A stretch of DNA of 61,848 nucleotides. It comes from Reclinomonas americana ATCC 50394 (lineage: Eukaryota). The notes under the pieces are model-generated. The model saw only the letters and a program-made list of their open reading frames with translations, was not told the DNA's origin and did not search any database. Below, one piece after another: positions 1-12,678 of this stretch. Within the stretch, counting starts at the first letter, position 1, and every line of letters begins with the position of its first letter. The DNA lies in contig PS015384.1 of NCBI GenBank assembly GCA_048213135.1, positions 1 to 61,848 of the forward strand, read 5' to 3'. A program made the translations under genes and the position numbers.

Positions 1-16
1 AGGCCGACTAGCTGTC

Positions 17-18
<2 letters not shown>

Positions 19-53
<35 letters not shown>

Positions 54-57
54 CTCT
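19..57. repeat. (CT)n microsatellite
   Basis: Run of tctctc... read directly, with one interruption near 51. Confidence 0.9.
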
Positions 58-1463
58 CGTCCTCTTTGCGGAGTAGAGAGCAAAGGCAAGCCGGGGAATA
101 TATGCAGTGCGAGAACGCGTTTGCTGCGTGCACGTGCATGTGTGTACATGTGGGTACATGCGGTCTCTGCGCGTGTCGTGTCATCAGTGTGAGGGAGGGA
201 GTGAGAGAGTGAGAGCGAGAACATTTATGCGGGATCTTTTGCCTCATTCGTTTTCCCTTGCGCATATGTCTCTCTTCTCCCCTCTTTCTTGCACTGTATG
301 TGGGGCTGTTGGTGTGCATGGGTGTGTATGCGTCACTTTATTCTTCTTGCGGCGGCGAGGAGACACCTTGTTGTGGCACAATGACGAGTACATCAATAGT
401 GTTGTTTTGGCGATGTGGCTCCGAGGCGGCATCTCACTCTCTCTCCTATCCCCGCTTGTCTCGTCTCCCCTGCTGTGTCTCGTTCAGCATGCAGCGTGAG
501 CGCTTCTTGATTCCGTGTGCGCGTGAGACGGGGAGGGAGTGCAAGAGAGTGAGAACTGTATGTTCGCGATGTTAAACTTTTGTTTTTCCTTTTGTGACGC
601 ACTCGGTGTTGTCTCGCGCTGTCTGTTTGTGAGCGAGTGTGGCGGCTGGTGTGAGGCGCAGAAGAATTGTTGCACGCGCGCACACGCAGGTGTCAGAGAA
701 GCGGCCTGTGGGGCAGCACGCGAGTGTTGCGGCCGCTGAAAACGCACTTCCTGCCATAGATGGAAGGCAGTGAGCGAAAGTCGGCATCCATTTTCTTCTC
801 CTCACTTGCCTTCGTTGTGCCGTGGCTGTGCATGTCTGCGCACACGTACATGCATGTGCCGTTACTCATCTGTGATGCACTCTTGCGCAGGCCATTGTGG
901 CATCTGGAGGAACCAGATGGAAATCATGGTTTGTTTGCTCATCATTTTGCCTCCTTCTGGCGCCCGCCCTCGTTGCTGTTTGTTCCTTTTCATATGTGTA
1001 TGTGTGCGTGTTGTCGCTTCGTGCATGTTGTTGGTGTGGTGGCTGTGCACGCTGCAGTGTCCTGCACGCTGCCTTGCAATTATTCGCTTCCTTTGTCGCC
1101 TCATGTATTCCCTTTCGTGCCGTATGTGTATGTTCTGCGCGTGATGTGGACCTATTGCACCCCCTTCTCCCCCGCTTCTCTCTCTCTCTATGTGTGTGTA
1201 CACTCCTCATGTGTCGTAACCCACCTCGCGGCGGCGGGGAGTGGAGGGTGGGCTTTACGCAAGCATTTCTGGCGCACGCTCCCGCCTTTCGCGGTTTTGC
1301 GCATGGCGAATGCACACGCATCCTTTTCGTTTTCTTGCATGACTCCGGTCTCTTTGTGTTTGTGTGTGTGGCACATCCTCTCTGCGGGCCGTGTCGTGCC
1401 GTCGGCTAATCCCCCTCGGTCCCTCTCTCTCCCCGCAGTGAGACGGATGGCAGTGGTGGAACA

Positions 1464-4192
1464 ATGGTGACGGTGACCAAGACACCGGGATCAGGAAATG
1501 GCAGTGGAACCGGATCGCCGCCCGGCCAGGAGTCGCCGCCAACCACGAAGATAGAAGGCGGCGGGAAGTTGACGCCGCGAAAGAACAGTGGAAGTGCGGC
1601 TTCGATCACCATCTCCATTACTGCCTCGCCAAATGGTACTGCTGCTGCGACAAACGCATCAGCAGCAGCCACTGGCTCAAGCGGCGAGACCATGGCGCAG
1701 CGGATGACCAGCGTGGGAGGCAGGCGAGAGAACTTTACTGCACACTTCCAGATCAGCGGCAACAGCACAAGTAGCACAGTTGAGTGGTGTTTTTTTTCCT
1801 TTTTCAGTCCTGTATCCGATGACGATTGGGCTTTTTTGTTTCTCACTTTTTGCGTGATGTGCAGCCCGGTGAACCGCCATCGAAGATGCGCAAGACTTCG
1901 CCGACATCCACTGCCGTTGACCCGGCCATTACTGGCGTGTCACCCGGGCAGTCGTTTATGGGGCGCATTCCGCAGGCGGTGCCGCACGCTGCCCCCAAAC
2001 AACAACAGCAGCAGCAGCAACACCACCAACAAGTACCTGTCGTCATACCGCCCTCCACGCGCACGCCATCCCCATTCATGGTGGCGGCCAACCTTGGTCT
2101 CACTCCGCCGGGCTCTCCGAGCCAGGCGCCCAGTGTCCATCGGCACAACATGCGTTCACGGCAGGTGGCACCCCTAATTGATCAATCGTCGCCGCTGGGA
2201 ACACCGTTGCCGGGCGTCGTGGGTGCCATTGGAGGCGGTGTGGGTGGTGCCAGTGGTGGTGTCAGTGGCATTGTCGGTGAGTGCATGTAGGCAGCGGTCT
2301 GTGGTGTTTGTCGACCACCCTCACAGTTGTCTGTGTGCAGGCTCGAGGCATGCGTTTGGTATGCCGCCGGTTTCCACACTCACTCCACCACCTTCACTGC
2401 TGCAACGATCTGCTCGAAGCGAGGTATGTGCTTGCGTTGTACTCTTGTTCCTCTCGCCGCGTGTGTGTGTGTTTACCGTGCACTCCAGCAGCAGCAGCAG
2501 CAGCTGCCGGCCTTGGCGCAACTGGCTGCATTTGCTGCGGCCGAGAACGCCACATCCACCTCCTCTTCAATGCCAGCTGCAACACTGGGCAATGGACCAG
2601 CAGCGGCGGCAGCGGCAGCTGTAGCGGGTATTAGTGTGGCTCCAACGCTGGCCAGCATTCCAAGTCTGGTGGCCGGTGCCGGTGTTGCCGGTGGCATTCT
2701 GCCTCCGTTGACATCGGCTGTGTCAGCTGGGTCGATCGACCCGAGCTCACTGTCGCTGCTGATGGATCAAAGAGCATTCCGCAGCAACGACAGCCTCTCA
2801 GCATTGTTCGTTCCACTTCGGTCGCGCGGCGGCAGCGGCGATCTGTCGTCGTACGCCATGTCGCGATCGCATCAGTCACGTGGCGGCTCCGGCGACCTGT
2901 CGGCATTTGCATTGTCGTCCACTGCTGTGCGTCCCGTGCACGGCAGCAGCGAGTTTGCTTTGTTTCCACGGTCGCGAGGCGAGAGTGGTGACTGGAGTCA
3001 GTTGATGCTTCGAACTGGGCGTGGTAACAGCGGCGATTTCACCGGCGTCTTCAATCCGACCACGCTCAGGCCGAGTCGCGGTGGCAGTGGAGATTTGTTG
3101 GGTGTGAGCGGCACGCTGGGTCGCACACCACGTGGTGGCAGTGGCGACCTCTTCCCCAGCAACTTCTCACCGGTGCTGCTGCCCAACTCGGGCAACTCCT
3201 CTCCACCACCGCCATTCTCGGCCGCCAACCCTCTCGATGCTCAACAACAGGCCGCGCTGCAACTGGCTCAGTCGCAGGCGGCCCTTGGTGCAAATGCGTC
3301 GATCGTGCCGGTGTCACAGGGCAAGGGTGCGCCTCCGCCCGTCGCCGCCGCCGCTATCGGTGGCGGTGTCGAGTTGAATGCCTGTGCTCGGTGTGCAAGA
3401 CGGTGGGGCTTGACTGTGACCGACGAGTTTGCCAAGAGCCCGTTGTGGGAGGCCTACGAGACGGAGAGAAGAGCACTCGACGAGCAGCCGCCGAGCCAGA
3501 CGTCGCAGTTCTACTTGGAGATTATCCGTGAGGCTGTGTTGCTGGCGTTGCGGGAGACGAGTTGCGTGCTGTGCAGGTCAATTGTCGCGCTCTCGCGAGC
3601 GAGTCCTCACGTGTGCACTGTCGCGCGCAGCCCTGGATCACAGCACGCAACAAGCAGTGAGTCAGTCACTGTACCTGCTGTCGGTGCACATCGAGTCGGA
3701 CGAGCAGCGCACGGTGGCCAATGTGGTGACATGTCGCTTCCGTCTGTACTCGCTGCACTCGCCCAACTCGGCCGACATTGAGTGGCACTTTGAGCAGCAG
3801 TCGGCCAAGCCGGCGCTGCAGAGACTCCGTGTTCTCTTGCGTGTCCCTGAGGATGAATCACCGGCGGCCGAGCCACAAATGCTGGAGTTTGTGAGCCTGC
3901 CGGACTCGTCCAAGCTGGCCGACATTCGCATGTTGGACCTCGTGGGCCAGCACGTGTTTGGCAGTCGAACGTCGTCGCCCACTTCACGCATGCCATACAT
4001 TGGTCTTGTCGGTCTGTTGGTGGCTGTCACTGGCACCGTCAATTGCGACGTGTATCCTGCAGAGGCGTGCTCGCACATGGCTCGTGAACTGGTGGTAAGT
4101 GTGCACGCCGATGATGATGATGTTAGTGTGTTGCTCACACTTCGTTGCGTGCCATGCAGTTGGCACAAACACAACTAAGAGCTGTGAACTAG
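1464..4192 (+). CDS. Hypothetical protein: low-complexity Q/A/S/P-rich N-terminal two thirds with RGxSGD repeats, globular C-terminal domain; 5' end uncertain
   Basis: Exons join in frame via GT-AG introns (1779-1864, 2277-2340, 2424-2477, 3561-3630, 4095-4159) and end LAQTQLRAVN*. An acceptor-like CAG at ~1438 suggests further upstream exons. Confidence 0.65.
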
Positions 4193-4501
4193 CCGTGACG
4201 GGATGGCCGTGGTGGGGTGGTGTGAAAAAATGTGTGTTCAGTGATGTGTTGTGTTGTTGTTGCAGAGAAAAACGGCGAGGATCCCAGCAAGTGGTGATTG
4301 ATAATTATTTGTCATCGAGGGTTTGCTGTCTCTTATTTTTTTCTTTCTTTCTCCCCTAATGTGAATGCGTATCCCGTGCCGATGGCGCAGCGTGTGTGTG
4401 TGTGTGTGTGTTTGTGTATTTGGAGACTGGCCGGGAGGGGATGATGAGAAAAGAGACGATAGGCATTTTCGTAAAAGAGTATCGCGAGTTGTTTACGTGT
4501 T

Positions 4502-5322
4502 CTACGACGGTGATGGATCGGGTGGCGAGTGACCGGCGGTGAGAATGATCTGCTTGAGGAACGGCATGCAGGCGTGGTGGCGCAACGCCGGCATATCATT
4601 GATCTGCTCCCAGTAATCCAACACACTACGCACAAGAGACAGAAGAATTGAGGCATCTTTCGTTGGTCTCCCCGACAGCTCTTGCCTGCACGCCTCACCA
4701 CTGCACTGTGAACATCATCTGTGTCGACGGGCACGCAAAGATGCGAATGAGGAGCCGATGACCCTGAAGATGGCGAAGAAGACAACTGCGACGCAACATG
4801 ATTCTCGAGTGTGACGAGCAAGTTGTGTGCCGATGTCTCACTGCACATGCGCAGTCGCGGCAGTTGCACAACGACCTCACGCAGTGCCTCGTCGGCCTCA
4901 AAGGGCTCCACGTCTGCGGTCCCTAGTGCTCTCTTGCGTGACGAAGTCGACGATGAGGATGAGGATGAGGATGATGATGATGATGACGATGATGATGATG
5001 ATGAGGATTGTGTGCGGGCAGCGGGCATCACTCGTGCCAGCCACACCGCAGTCACCAACAGCACGCATGCCAGAATGGTCACCCACGAGGCGGCCGAGAC
5101 ACGAGCACGGAAGAGTCGCACAGCGACCCACACACCAGTGGAGAGTGCGACAGCCTGCAGCAGTGCACGATGCGTGCTGACCAGGGCGACTGCACACACA
5201 GCCAACACAGGAATGGTGGCGGTCAGCGCCAGACCAATGGTGCCTCGAGCCGCAGCCGGTGACGCCACAGGCGACGACGACGACGACTGTTCCAACCGGC
5301 TGCCAAGTCGCCGACCGTGCAT
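4502..5322 (-). CDS. Hypothetical membrane protein (about 3 hydrophobic segments, poly-Ser linker, small C-terminal domain)
   Basis: ATG at 5322 (MHGRRLG); hydrophobic stretches GLALTATIPVLAVCAVALV, ALLQAVALSTGVWVAV, WVTILACVLLVTAVWLA; two GT-AG introns give ...VLDYWEQINDMPALRHHACMPFLKQII...PSPS*. No family recognised. Confidence 0.5.
4951..5007. repeat. (GAT/GAG/GAC)n triplet run encoding poly-Ser on the minus strand
   Basis: gatgaggatgaggatgaggatgatgatgatgacgatgat... read directly. Confidence 0.85.
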
Positions 5323-5635
5323 TTTGTGAAACCAATCAACAATCAACAATCGCAGGCAGGACAACTTGCGTCTCCTTTGTATTTCACGTCACCGCCTCAG
5401 CAGGTCCAGTGGTGTTGTCAGTGGGTGCTGCGTCGATCATCATGCACTGGCGCTGGCATGCAGACCGTCGCGAAGATATCACGACCGCAGCAAGTGCGAC
5501 AACCTCGACAACTGTTCAGCGGTTCTTTTTTGCGGCCGCGATGACACTCCCAACGCACTGGTCTCCGCTGCGATGCCCAACAAAGCGCACTCTGCACCTC
5601 GACTGGGCCTTCTTTCGATATCATCATTTCACTCC

Positions 5636-6767
5636 TCATTTCTTCGGTTTCGGCCCCTTGCCACCCGCTGCTGCTGCGGCAGGCTCCGCACCCGGTGGTG
5701 GTGCCATGGTCTGCGAGACAATACCACGTAATTGCACCTTGAACTGGTCGAATGGCGCGGCCACGGCTGGCACGCCGCCCTTGAAAGTGCACTGCAAACA
5801 CAGACGTGAAATGTGAGCTACTGGTGGGCGAGCACAGGTGATGCAGGGAATTATTCCACGCACATCAACAGTGACTTCACACGGCACGTCGACACCGGGA
5901 ATGGGCAACTTGGCGATTGAGGCCGCAGTGGGATTGAAGCGGAAGGTAACGGTTTTGGTGGCGCCGACCTCAAGTGTGACTGTGTCCACAGAAGAACACC
6001 GAGTGAGCACGGGGGGAAAAACAACAGAGTGCTGCTACGCGAGTGACACTCTCGCAACTCTTGGCTGGATCCACACTAAAGCCGTCGGCTGCCGCTGTCG
6101 GTGACACCTCCACCGCACACTCGCCATTGGCACCCTTGCGCTCCGTCTCGTCGCCCTGCAGTACGTTGCCTAGCAGCAGTGTCCGGGTCACCGGCATGCC
6201 GACTCCCGTCTGCTCGAAGGTGAGCATTCCTTTTTCTACATTGATTCGTGCGACATGCAGCCATCAACTCACCAGTGGGAAGTCGAGAGTGTACGTCGGC
6301 ACTCGTGCTTGCCGTGGACCACCGATATTGAGATCTTGGCCAATCTGCACGCGTAACATATGGTGAGTTACAGCCGTGAAGAACAGGCACTGTGACGGAG
6401 AACGCGCGCACCAACAGCGCTTCCTCCTCCGGGTACCGCACAAACAACGCCTGATTCCAGCACCGACCGCGCACATGAATGTCACAGGCGCCACTCATGC
6501 CAGCACCCGCGTCACCTGACGGCGCACACACGCAGAATGAGAACTCTAGACCGCGACGTATGCGACTGTGCTAGTAGACAGGCACACGCACCGGCTCCAC
6601 GATCACCGCCCCATCGCACACTCAAGTGACACGCGTACTCCCTGCGCGGTCGATCCGGGGCGAAGCGAAGCGAGAGTGCCTGACGGCCCTTGGCAGGCAC
6701 CACTGCACTGATGGGTGTCACTGAGAATGGCACAATGCCCGAGTCGTTCTGCAGCTTGAACTGTGCC

Positions 6768-6805
<38 letters not shown>

Positions 6806-9800
6806 CAAACAGTGAGCGAGAGAGTGTGTGTGTGCCACACGCCAATGTGAATCGCAGACGCGCACCTGGTCCACCTGCGCCACGAATGGCACATCAAAGT
6901 CGGAGTCGTTGATGACTTGCAGTGTCTTGGTGACCGCCTCGTTCTCCAAAACATCGCCCACGTCAAACACTTCCGCTCCCGGCTCCACACGCACCACTGG
7001 CGAAACGCCCTATTTCGATGCGTGCACAGTCAGCTGACATGAATCGCAGCGAGGAGACACTCGAGACGAGGAGACGCAACTCGGCCGCGCAGCTGCATAA
7101 TGACCTTGTTGGTCTCGGTGCTATCAATAACCAGGCGGAAGGTGTAGTTTACAGGTCGCAGAGGTCGGAAACGAATCGTGATTTCGCACTGCCCGCCGGC
7201 TGGCAACTCGGACACACCGCTCAGGAACGAGAATGGCCTGCCACAAACAACAATTATCAGCAGAGGCGAGAAGCACACATTCCGTTCGATGTACACACAC
7301 CCGAAAGGGTCAAGAGCGGGCACCGACAGCGTGGTGGTCCGTGGACCGCGGTTGAACAGTCGGAATGTCATCGTGTTTTCCTTGCCGGCAGCAATCTGGG
7401 AGACAACTGCGTTACCACCGATGGCCACTCCATAGGGGCAGGGCAAGGGGGGAAAACGCAACATCGCCAAACTCGAGCATCTGCGATTGTTGATTCTGTA
7501 CAAGCGAAACCAGAGCTGGCTGGATGGCCGTCGTAAACACTTCGAAATGCAGCGGTGAGCCGGCGAATCCTTGAATGAACCACGGAATCATCCACGTTTC
7601 GTGCACTCCCCACTGGTCGTCCAGAGGCGCCACCGACGCACGAGCAGAACCAGACGTCGTCTCTGTAAGCAGTCACACACAGTACGTGTCAGTGCTCGGC
7701 AGTGTCGATCACCGAGATGAAGTCGACTTACCACGACGAACAACCGTCTGTGCAGTGTCGTTCTTGGCGTACACCTCCGGGAGAGCGTTGAAGGACACCA
7801 CGACAAACTGCTTGCCCATTGGCGGTACTGTGGCTGTCGACGGTGTCACTCGCAGCAGCGGGAGGCCACTGCAGCGACGGTGGCATGGTGAGATTGAACA
7901 TTCGATACATACACACACCCTGCGTGTAGTGCAGCGCAACTTGTCACGCTGCAGTGGACCGCCAGCATTGGCCGCCGCCGAGGCCCCACCATCCGGCCGG
8001 AACACGGCGTTTGGTGGTACTGTAATGGTAAACGTGTGGCTCTGCGTCTTGGAGTTGTTCTGCATGCAGAGAGTGTAGGTGCTCTGGTCGCCAACGGCTG
8101 TCGCGCACATGTCGACTCGAGTGCAGCTCAGCTGCAGTGGCGCGTCAACACCCTCGCCCGTGCAGACAATCTTGGTCTGCACCCAGATACGCGTTGGTTG
8201 CACACACTCACACACATGGATGGATGAAAGGGCGCAATGCAAACCTGACGGCCCTCCGCGGTGGTGCACACGATCGGCAACTTGAAAACGGTGGCCGAAT
8301 ACGGCGCAAACGCCACATGAAGCACACGTGATTCGCCTGGCAGCAGAGCACCGAAACCTCGCGTATCGCTATCGGGCGACACGCTGATGCCGCGCGGCAG
8401 CTGCACAAATCCAAAGCGCTGCGGCAGAGCCGAGATGTTGCGTACCATGATTGGGTGTGCCACCGTCTCGCTCGTGGTGCAAGTGCCGAAATCGATTCGA
8501 GTGGGCGTCACCTGCAAGTTGTCCTCGGTGATCTCGCCTTGCAGTCGGAAGTACAACGGCATGGCCTGGTCGGGCACGCGGACGTGCACAGGCACATCAA
8601 ACATTGCCGAAACAAACTCGTCATTGACCTGGCATATGCGTGCGCGCACATGTCAGTGCATGTCAACGAGAGAAGGATCAATTACCACCACCACGTACCG
8701 AGCGGTACACATATCGCTTGCACTGCTCGATAAAGTCCGCAGTCGGAGTGAACTTCATGTGCACCTCCAACGCAGAGCCCGCTTGCACATACGCCATGCT
8801 CGGCACAAATTCGAGGAACGGCTGCAGTGGGCGTGGCACCTCGAGCTGTGAAAGGGGAGGACTCAGCACGCAATGTGTTGCAGGGGGACAGAAATCAGCA
8901 ACGCACCTCACAGCGCAGTGCAACCTTGCCGCGATTTCGCAGCACGATATTGTCGCGGTACATGGTGTTGTAGAGCATGCACTTCAGGTCAATGACCTCG
9001 CGCTCCACATACATCGGCACCTCGCCGCCGTATGCCACCAGGTCGAGATACACCGGCTCCACATCCTGCGGCACACGCACACACGTCAAACATCGGCATC
9101 GTGCACCTCCAACGCGCCACCACACACACACACCTTGGAGGGACGGAAGATAACCTCGAGCCGACTGGTGTAGTCGTGCACGTGGTACGGCGTAAACTTG
9201 ACAGCCACCTTGACGACCGAGTAGCCGTCAACATCGCCCATGGTCTGCGAAAACTCAAACACTGGATTCTTCTCGCTCCCGCCAGCACCTTGTTCCGCAG
9301 CAGCAGCAGCTGCTGCTGCTGCGCCACCATCGCCGGCACTGGCGGCAAGCGACTTGCTGGAGGAGCTGCGCCCGAGAGGTGGTGATGGCGATTTTGCGGG
9401 CGTAGCATCAGCACCACCACTGCCGCCCGTGCGAGGCGTCATGCCGGCCGACGTCTCGTATGCGTCGACAACCTCCAGTGCAGCACCACGCAGTTCAAAT
9501 CGACACGGCAGTGCGCCGTCGTTGCGAATCGTCAGAGTCTTGGTTGAGCTCTCGCCAAGAGTCACGCTGCCAAAGTGCAGCTGCGCACACGACACGAAAT
9601 ACGACATGAGTGCGCGAATCCTCTCCAGCCTACGTGCTGCAGACCTCCACGCACCTCCTCAAACGGAATCACCGAGGCGACAATCTTCTTCGTGTAGGCC
9701 ACCAGCGGAATGTGCAGCGGTCCGGTGGCAGTGAGCAACGGCAACACAGTCTCAATGTCGGCGTTGACCTTGGGCGAAAAGTGCACAACCAAGTCGCACG

Positions 9801-12394
9801 TCATGCCAGCCGACATGCTGCCCGGCAGCTTGTACTCGATGTCGAAAAAGTCCCTGCACAGCAGCCAAAGTGAGCGCGACTGCATTCTTGGTGAGACACA
9901 GAATGAAAGCGTGTGTGTGTACCGATAGGCATCCTCAATGTGCTGCAGCTTGAACGTGTTGAACGAGTACGAAATGTTGGTGAGGCGCACTCGCTTCTTG
10001 TAGGTCTGGCCGACCTCAAAGTCGGTAAAGACAATCTTGGTCGGATTCGGCTCGAACCCGGAGCCCGTAAACGTACGACCGCACACTACTTGCGGCTGGA
10101 CCAGCGAGCCCTTTTGCCGCTCGCGCGCCTTGCTCAAGTACTGCTGCTGCAGCTTGGAGATGTTGCCGGTGCGCCCGCGTCCATCCTCGTCCTCGTTGTC
10201 ACCAACTGAGTCCTCCGTCCACAGGCCGCGGAATGCGGGCTCGGCCAGCGCCTGAATGTCCTCCTGGTGTTCGTGCGGATCAAGTGTCGGCAACTGCAGT
10301 CGATTCTTGTTCAGAGTGCTCTCCGCCAGCGCCGATAGCTCGCCACCAAATCCAGCGGCACGACTGTGTTCCGCAAGATGATAAGCACGCACAAAACGAG
10401 AAATAACACAGGCGCATACAGACCTTCCCTGCTTGGTGCTCATGGCCTTGTCGGTGAGATGTCCGGGCAACATGGACTCGCTGAATGTGACCGTCGGGTG
10501 CTTCTGTTTGACACGCTCCAGCACCTCCGGCTGCTTCTCATGCGCCTCTCCCAGACCGAACTTCCAGTCGGCGGTGATGGTCACCTTTGAGCCGTGCAGC
10601 TCTCCCATTCGCCCCGTCGGATCAATGACCGACTCGCCGTTGGCACTCATCTTGGAAATGTACTCGGCGTTGCGCTGAGCGACGTACGCGCGTCCCAGTG
10701 ACTTGACGTACCGCGCGGCCGTGTCACTCTTCTCCTTCTCTCGGGCTTCGAGCACCGCCCTTCGTGCTTCCTCCTCCTGCAGTCGTTGCAGAATCTCCAG
10801 CTCTGCCTTCTTTTGCTTGCGCGCCATTTTGGCCAGGCCCTTCTCCAGAATCTGCTGGTGCTCTCTTCTCCGCAAAATCTGCGCACCAACCGCCACCGCG
10901 TCAGGCTCCCGAGTTGCAACACATTCATGTCATTCTTCTTCTCACCTCGTACGGATTGCCTCCGGCGGCCACAATCTCCTGCCGTTCAGCCTCAAGCGCA
11001 TCCAACTCCTCCTGGTGCGCTCGAGCCTTGCGATCGACTTGCGCCTTCATCTTGTCCTTGATTGTGTCGATGTTCTTCTTCAGCGACACCACTGGACGAG
11101 GGGCGGAGGATGCAGGGTGAGCAACGCACACCGCTGCCGCACAGAGCACACTGTGCACATGACGCACCTGCCGACACTTCACGCTCCACCAGCGCCTCCT
11201 TGGCTGCCTCAATCTCGGAGATGCGTGACTCGATCGCTCCACCAACCGCCTTCAAGCGCTCGGCGGCCGATCTGACACCGGCGTCGGCGACGGCCACAGC
11301 GCCTTTTTGTCGCTCCACCTGCTCCCTCTCAATGGTCTCCATCTGCTTCAGTCGCTGTCGCTGCTTCCGCTCCAACTTTCGTGCAGCATTCCGCTCCAGT
11401 TCAGCACGTGCATACGCCAGCACCATGTCTTCCCGTGCTGCTGCCGCATCCTCCTCCTGAATGTTCCTGGCAATGGCCTCGTTCTCCACCACCTGCAACT
11501 GCGACTTGGCCACCAATTGGATCGCATCGCCGAACCGCGTGTGGTGCTCCTTGACCAATGCTTCGGCCTCCTGCAACCGCTGTTGCAGCTGCACATCGAC
11601 TTGTGAGTCACACACGCACACACACACGGTGAGGCGACATCCTCACACATCCGTCACTGACCTGCTGACGATGTTCGCGCAGCTGTCGACGCTCTTGTCG
11701 ATCTTGCAAGGTGAGTTCGGGCCGAGAATGAGCCGTATCATGCAGCTGGCACACGCGCGCAAACTCGGTGCGGATGGCGTTGGCGACCTTGTGTGCCTCC
11801 TCCAGCTGCACGCAACGCACAAACATTGTCAGTGTGTAGTGCACCCTCTCACCTCCACGACAGATGGCGCGCCACGCACCGACTGCTTGATGCCCTGCGC
11901 AATGCGTTTCTTCTTCTCCAGATCCGCCAGGCACGCCGCAATGTCTGCACAGGCAGGTCGGTCAGCAGTCAACACGACAGCAAAGGACAACGATGGACCG
12001 CCTCACGTTTCTTGGCGCGTTCCCGATGCAATCGACTGTTCCTCTCACGCGCATCGTGGAACGACGTGAGCACTCCACTGGCCTCCAAGTGACGCGAGAT
12101 AATGGTCTCCTCCACCGACGCCGTCTGGTGGTGCGCCCCACGACCATCGTCGCCATCGTCGGGCAAGTAGTCGTCCACGACACCCACATCGCCGTACTCT
12201 TCCTCCTCGTCGGCTTCAGACAACCGCGGCGCCTGTGCTGCTGGTACCTCTGCGTGCAGAGCTTGAGCGAGAGAAGGCTGAGGCAACAAGCGCGAGAGCG
12301 AGAGACGACCGCAACTTCGCTGATGCTTTTGTGATGACTTGCGTGGCGGTGGCGGTGGTGCGGGCACTGGCGAGTGATCACCCCCGTCCATCAT
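5636..12394 (-). CDS. CFAP74: Cilia- and flagella-associated protein 74 (central apparatus; N-terminal coiled coil plus multiple ASH/Ig-like domains)
   Basis: Motifs AAGGNPYEV and FTDFEVGQTYKKRVRLTNISYSFNTFKL...DFFDIEYKLPGSMSAGMTCDLVVHFSPKVNADIETVLPLLTATGPLHIPLVAYTKK match the CFAP74 family; repeated IDFG/LHFG...L.IRN ASH-like modules; ends GGKGPKPKK*. Confidence 0.9.
6767..6804. repeat. (GA)n microsatellite inside a CFAP74 intron (pyrimidine tract on the minus strand)
   Basis: agagagagagaaagagagag... read directly, next to the acceptor. Confidence 0.85.
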
Positions 12395-12678
12395 GCCCTC
12401 CTCACCGGGATCTGACAGCTCATCGCGATCGCCATCGTCGTACGCCGGGCTGTTGTTTACGCCAACGAAGGAGTCAGTCAGTGTGAAATCAATTATCAGT
12501 CAGAGCAGGCTTCCTTCTTTCGTGCAGTGCGTGCTGTGTGCGTGTGCGTGTGTGTGAACGTGCAAGAGTGAGGAGCACACCGTGGCAGGTTGGCAAAGTC
12601 AGCCTCGTCGTCGGAAGCCATTTCGCACAGACGAGCGTTGATTTGCGAGCACTTCTGTGCGCGATTGTCCACGCAAAC

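Noticed and set aside
1-1438. ORFs 107..499, 760..1470 and others in the first 1.4 kb
   Set aside because: TG/CT-rich, intron- or UTR-like sequence giving Cys/Val-rich translations. A few exon-like pieces exist but I could not chain them in frame to the gene at 1464.
3368-3427. Possible 60-nt intron with GTCGAGT donor and GAG acceptor
   Set aside because: The frame is open either way and the acceptor is atypical, so sequence alone cannot decide.
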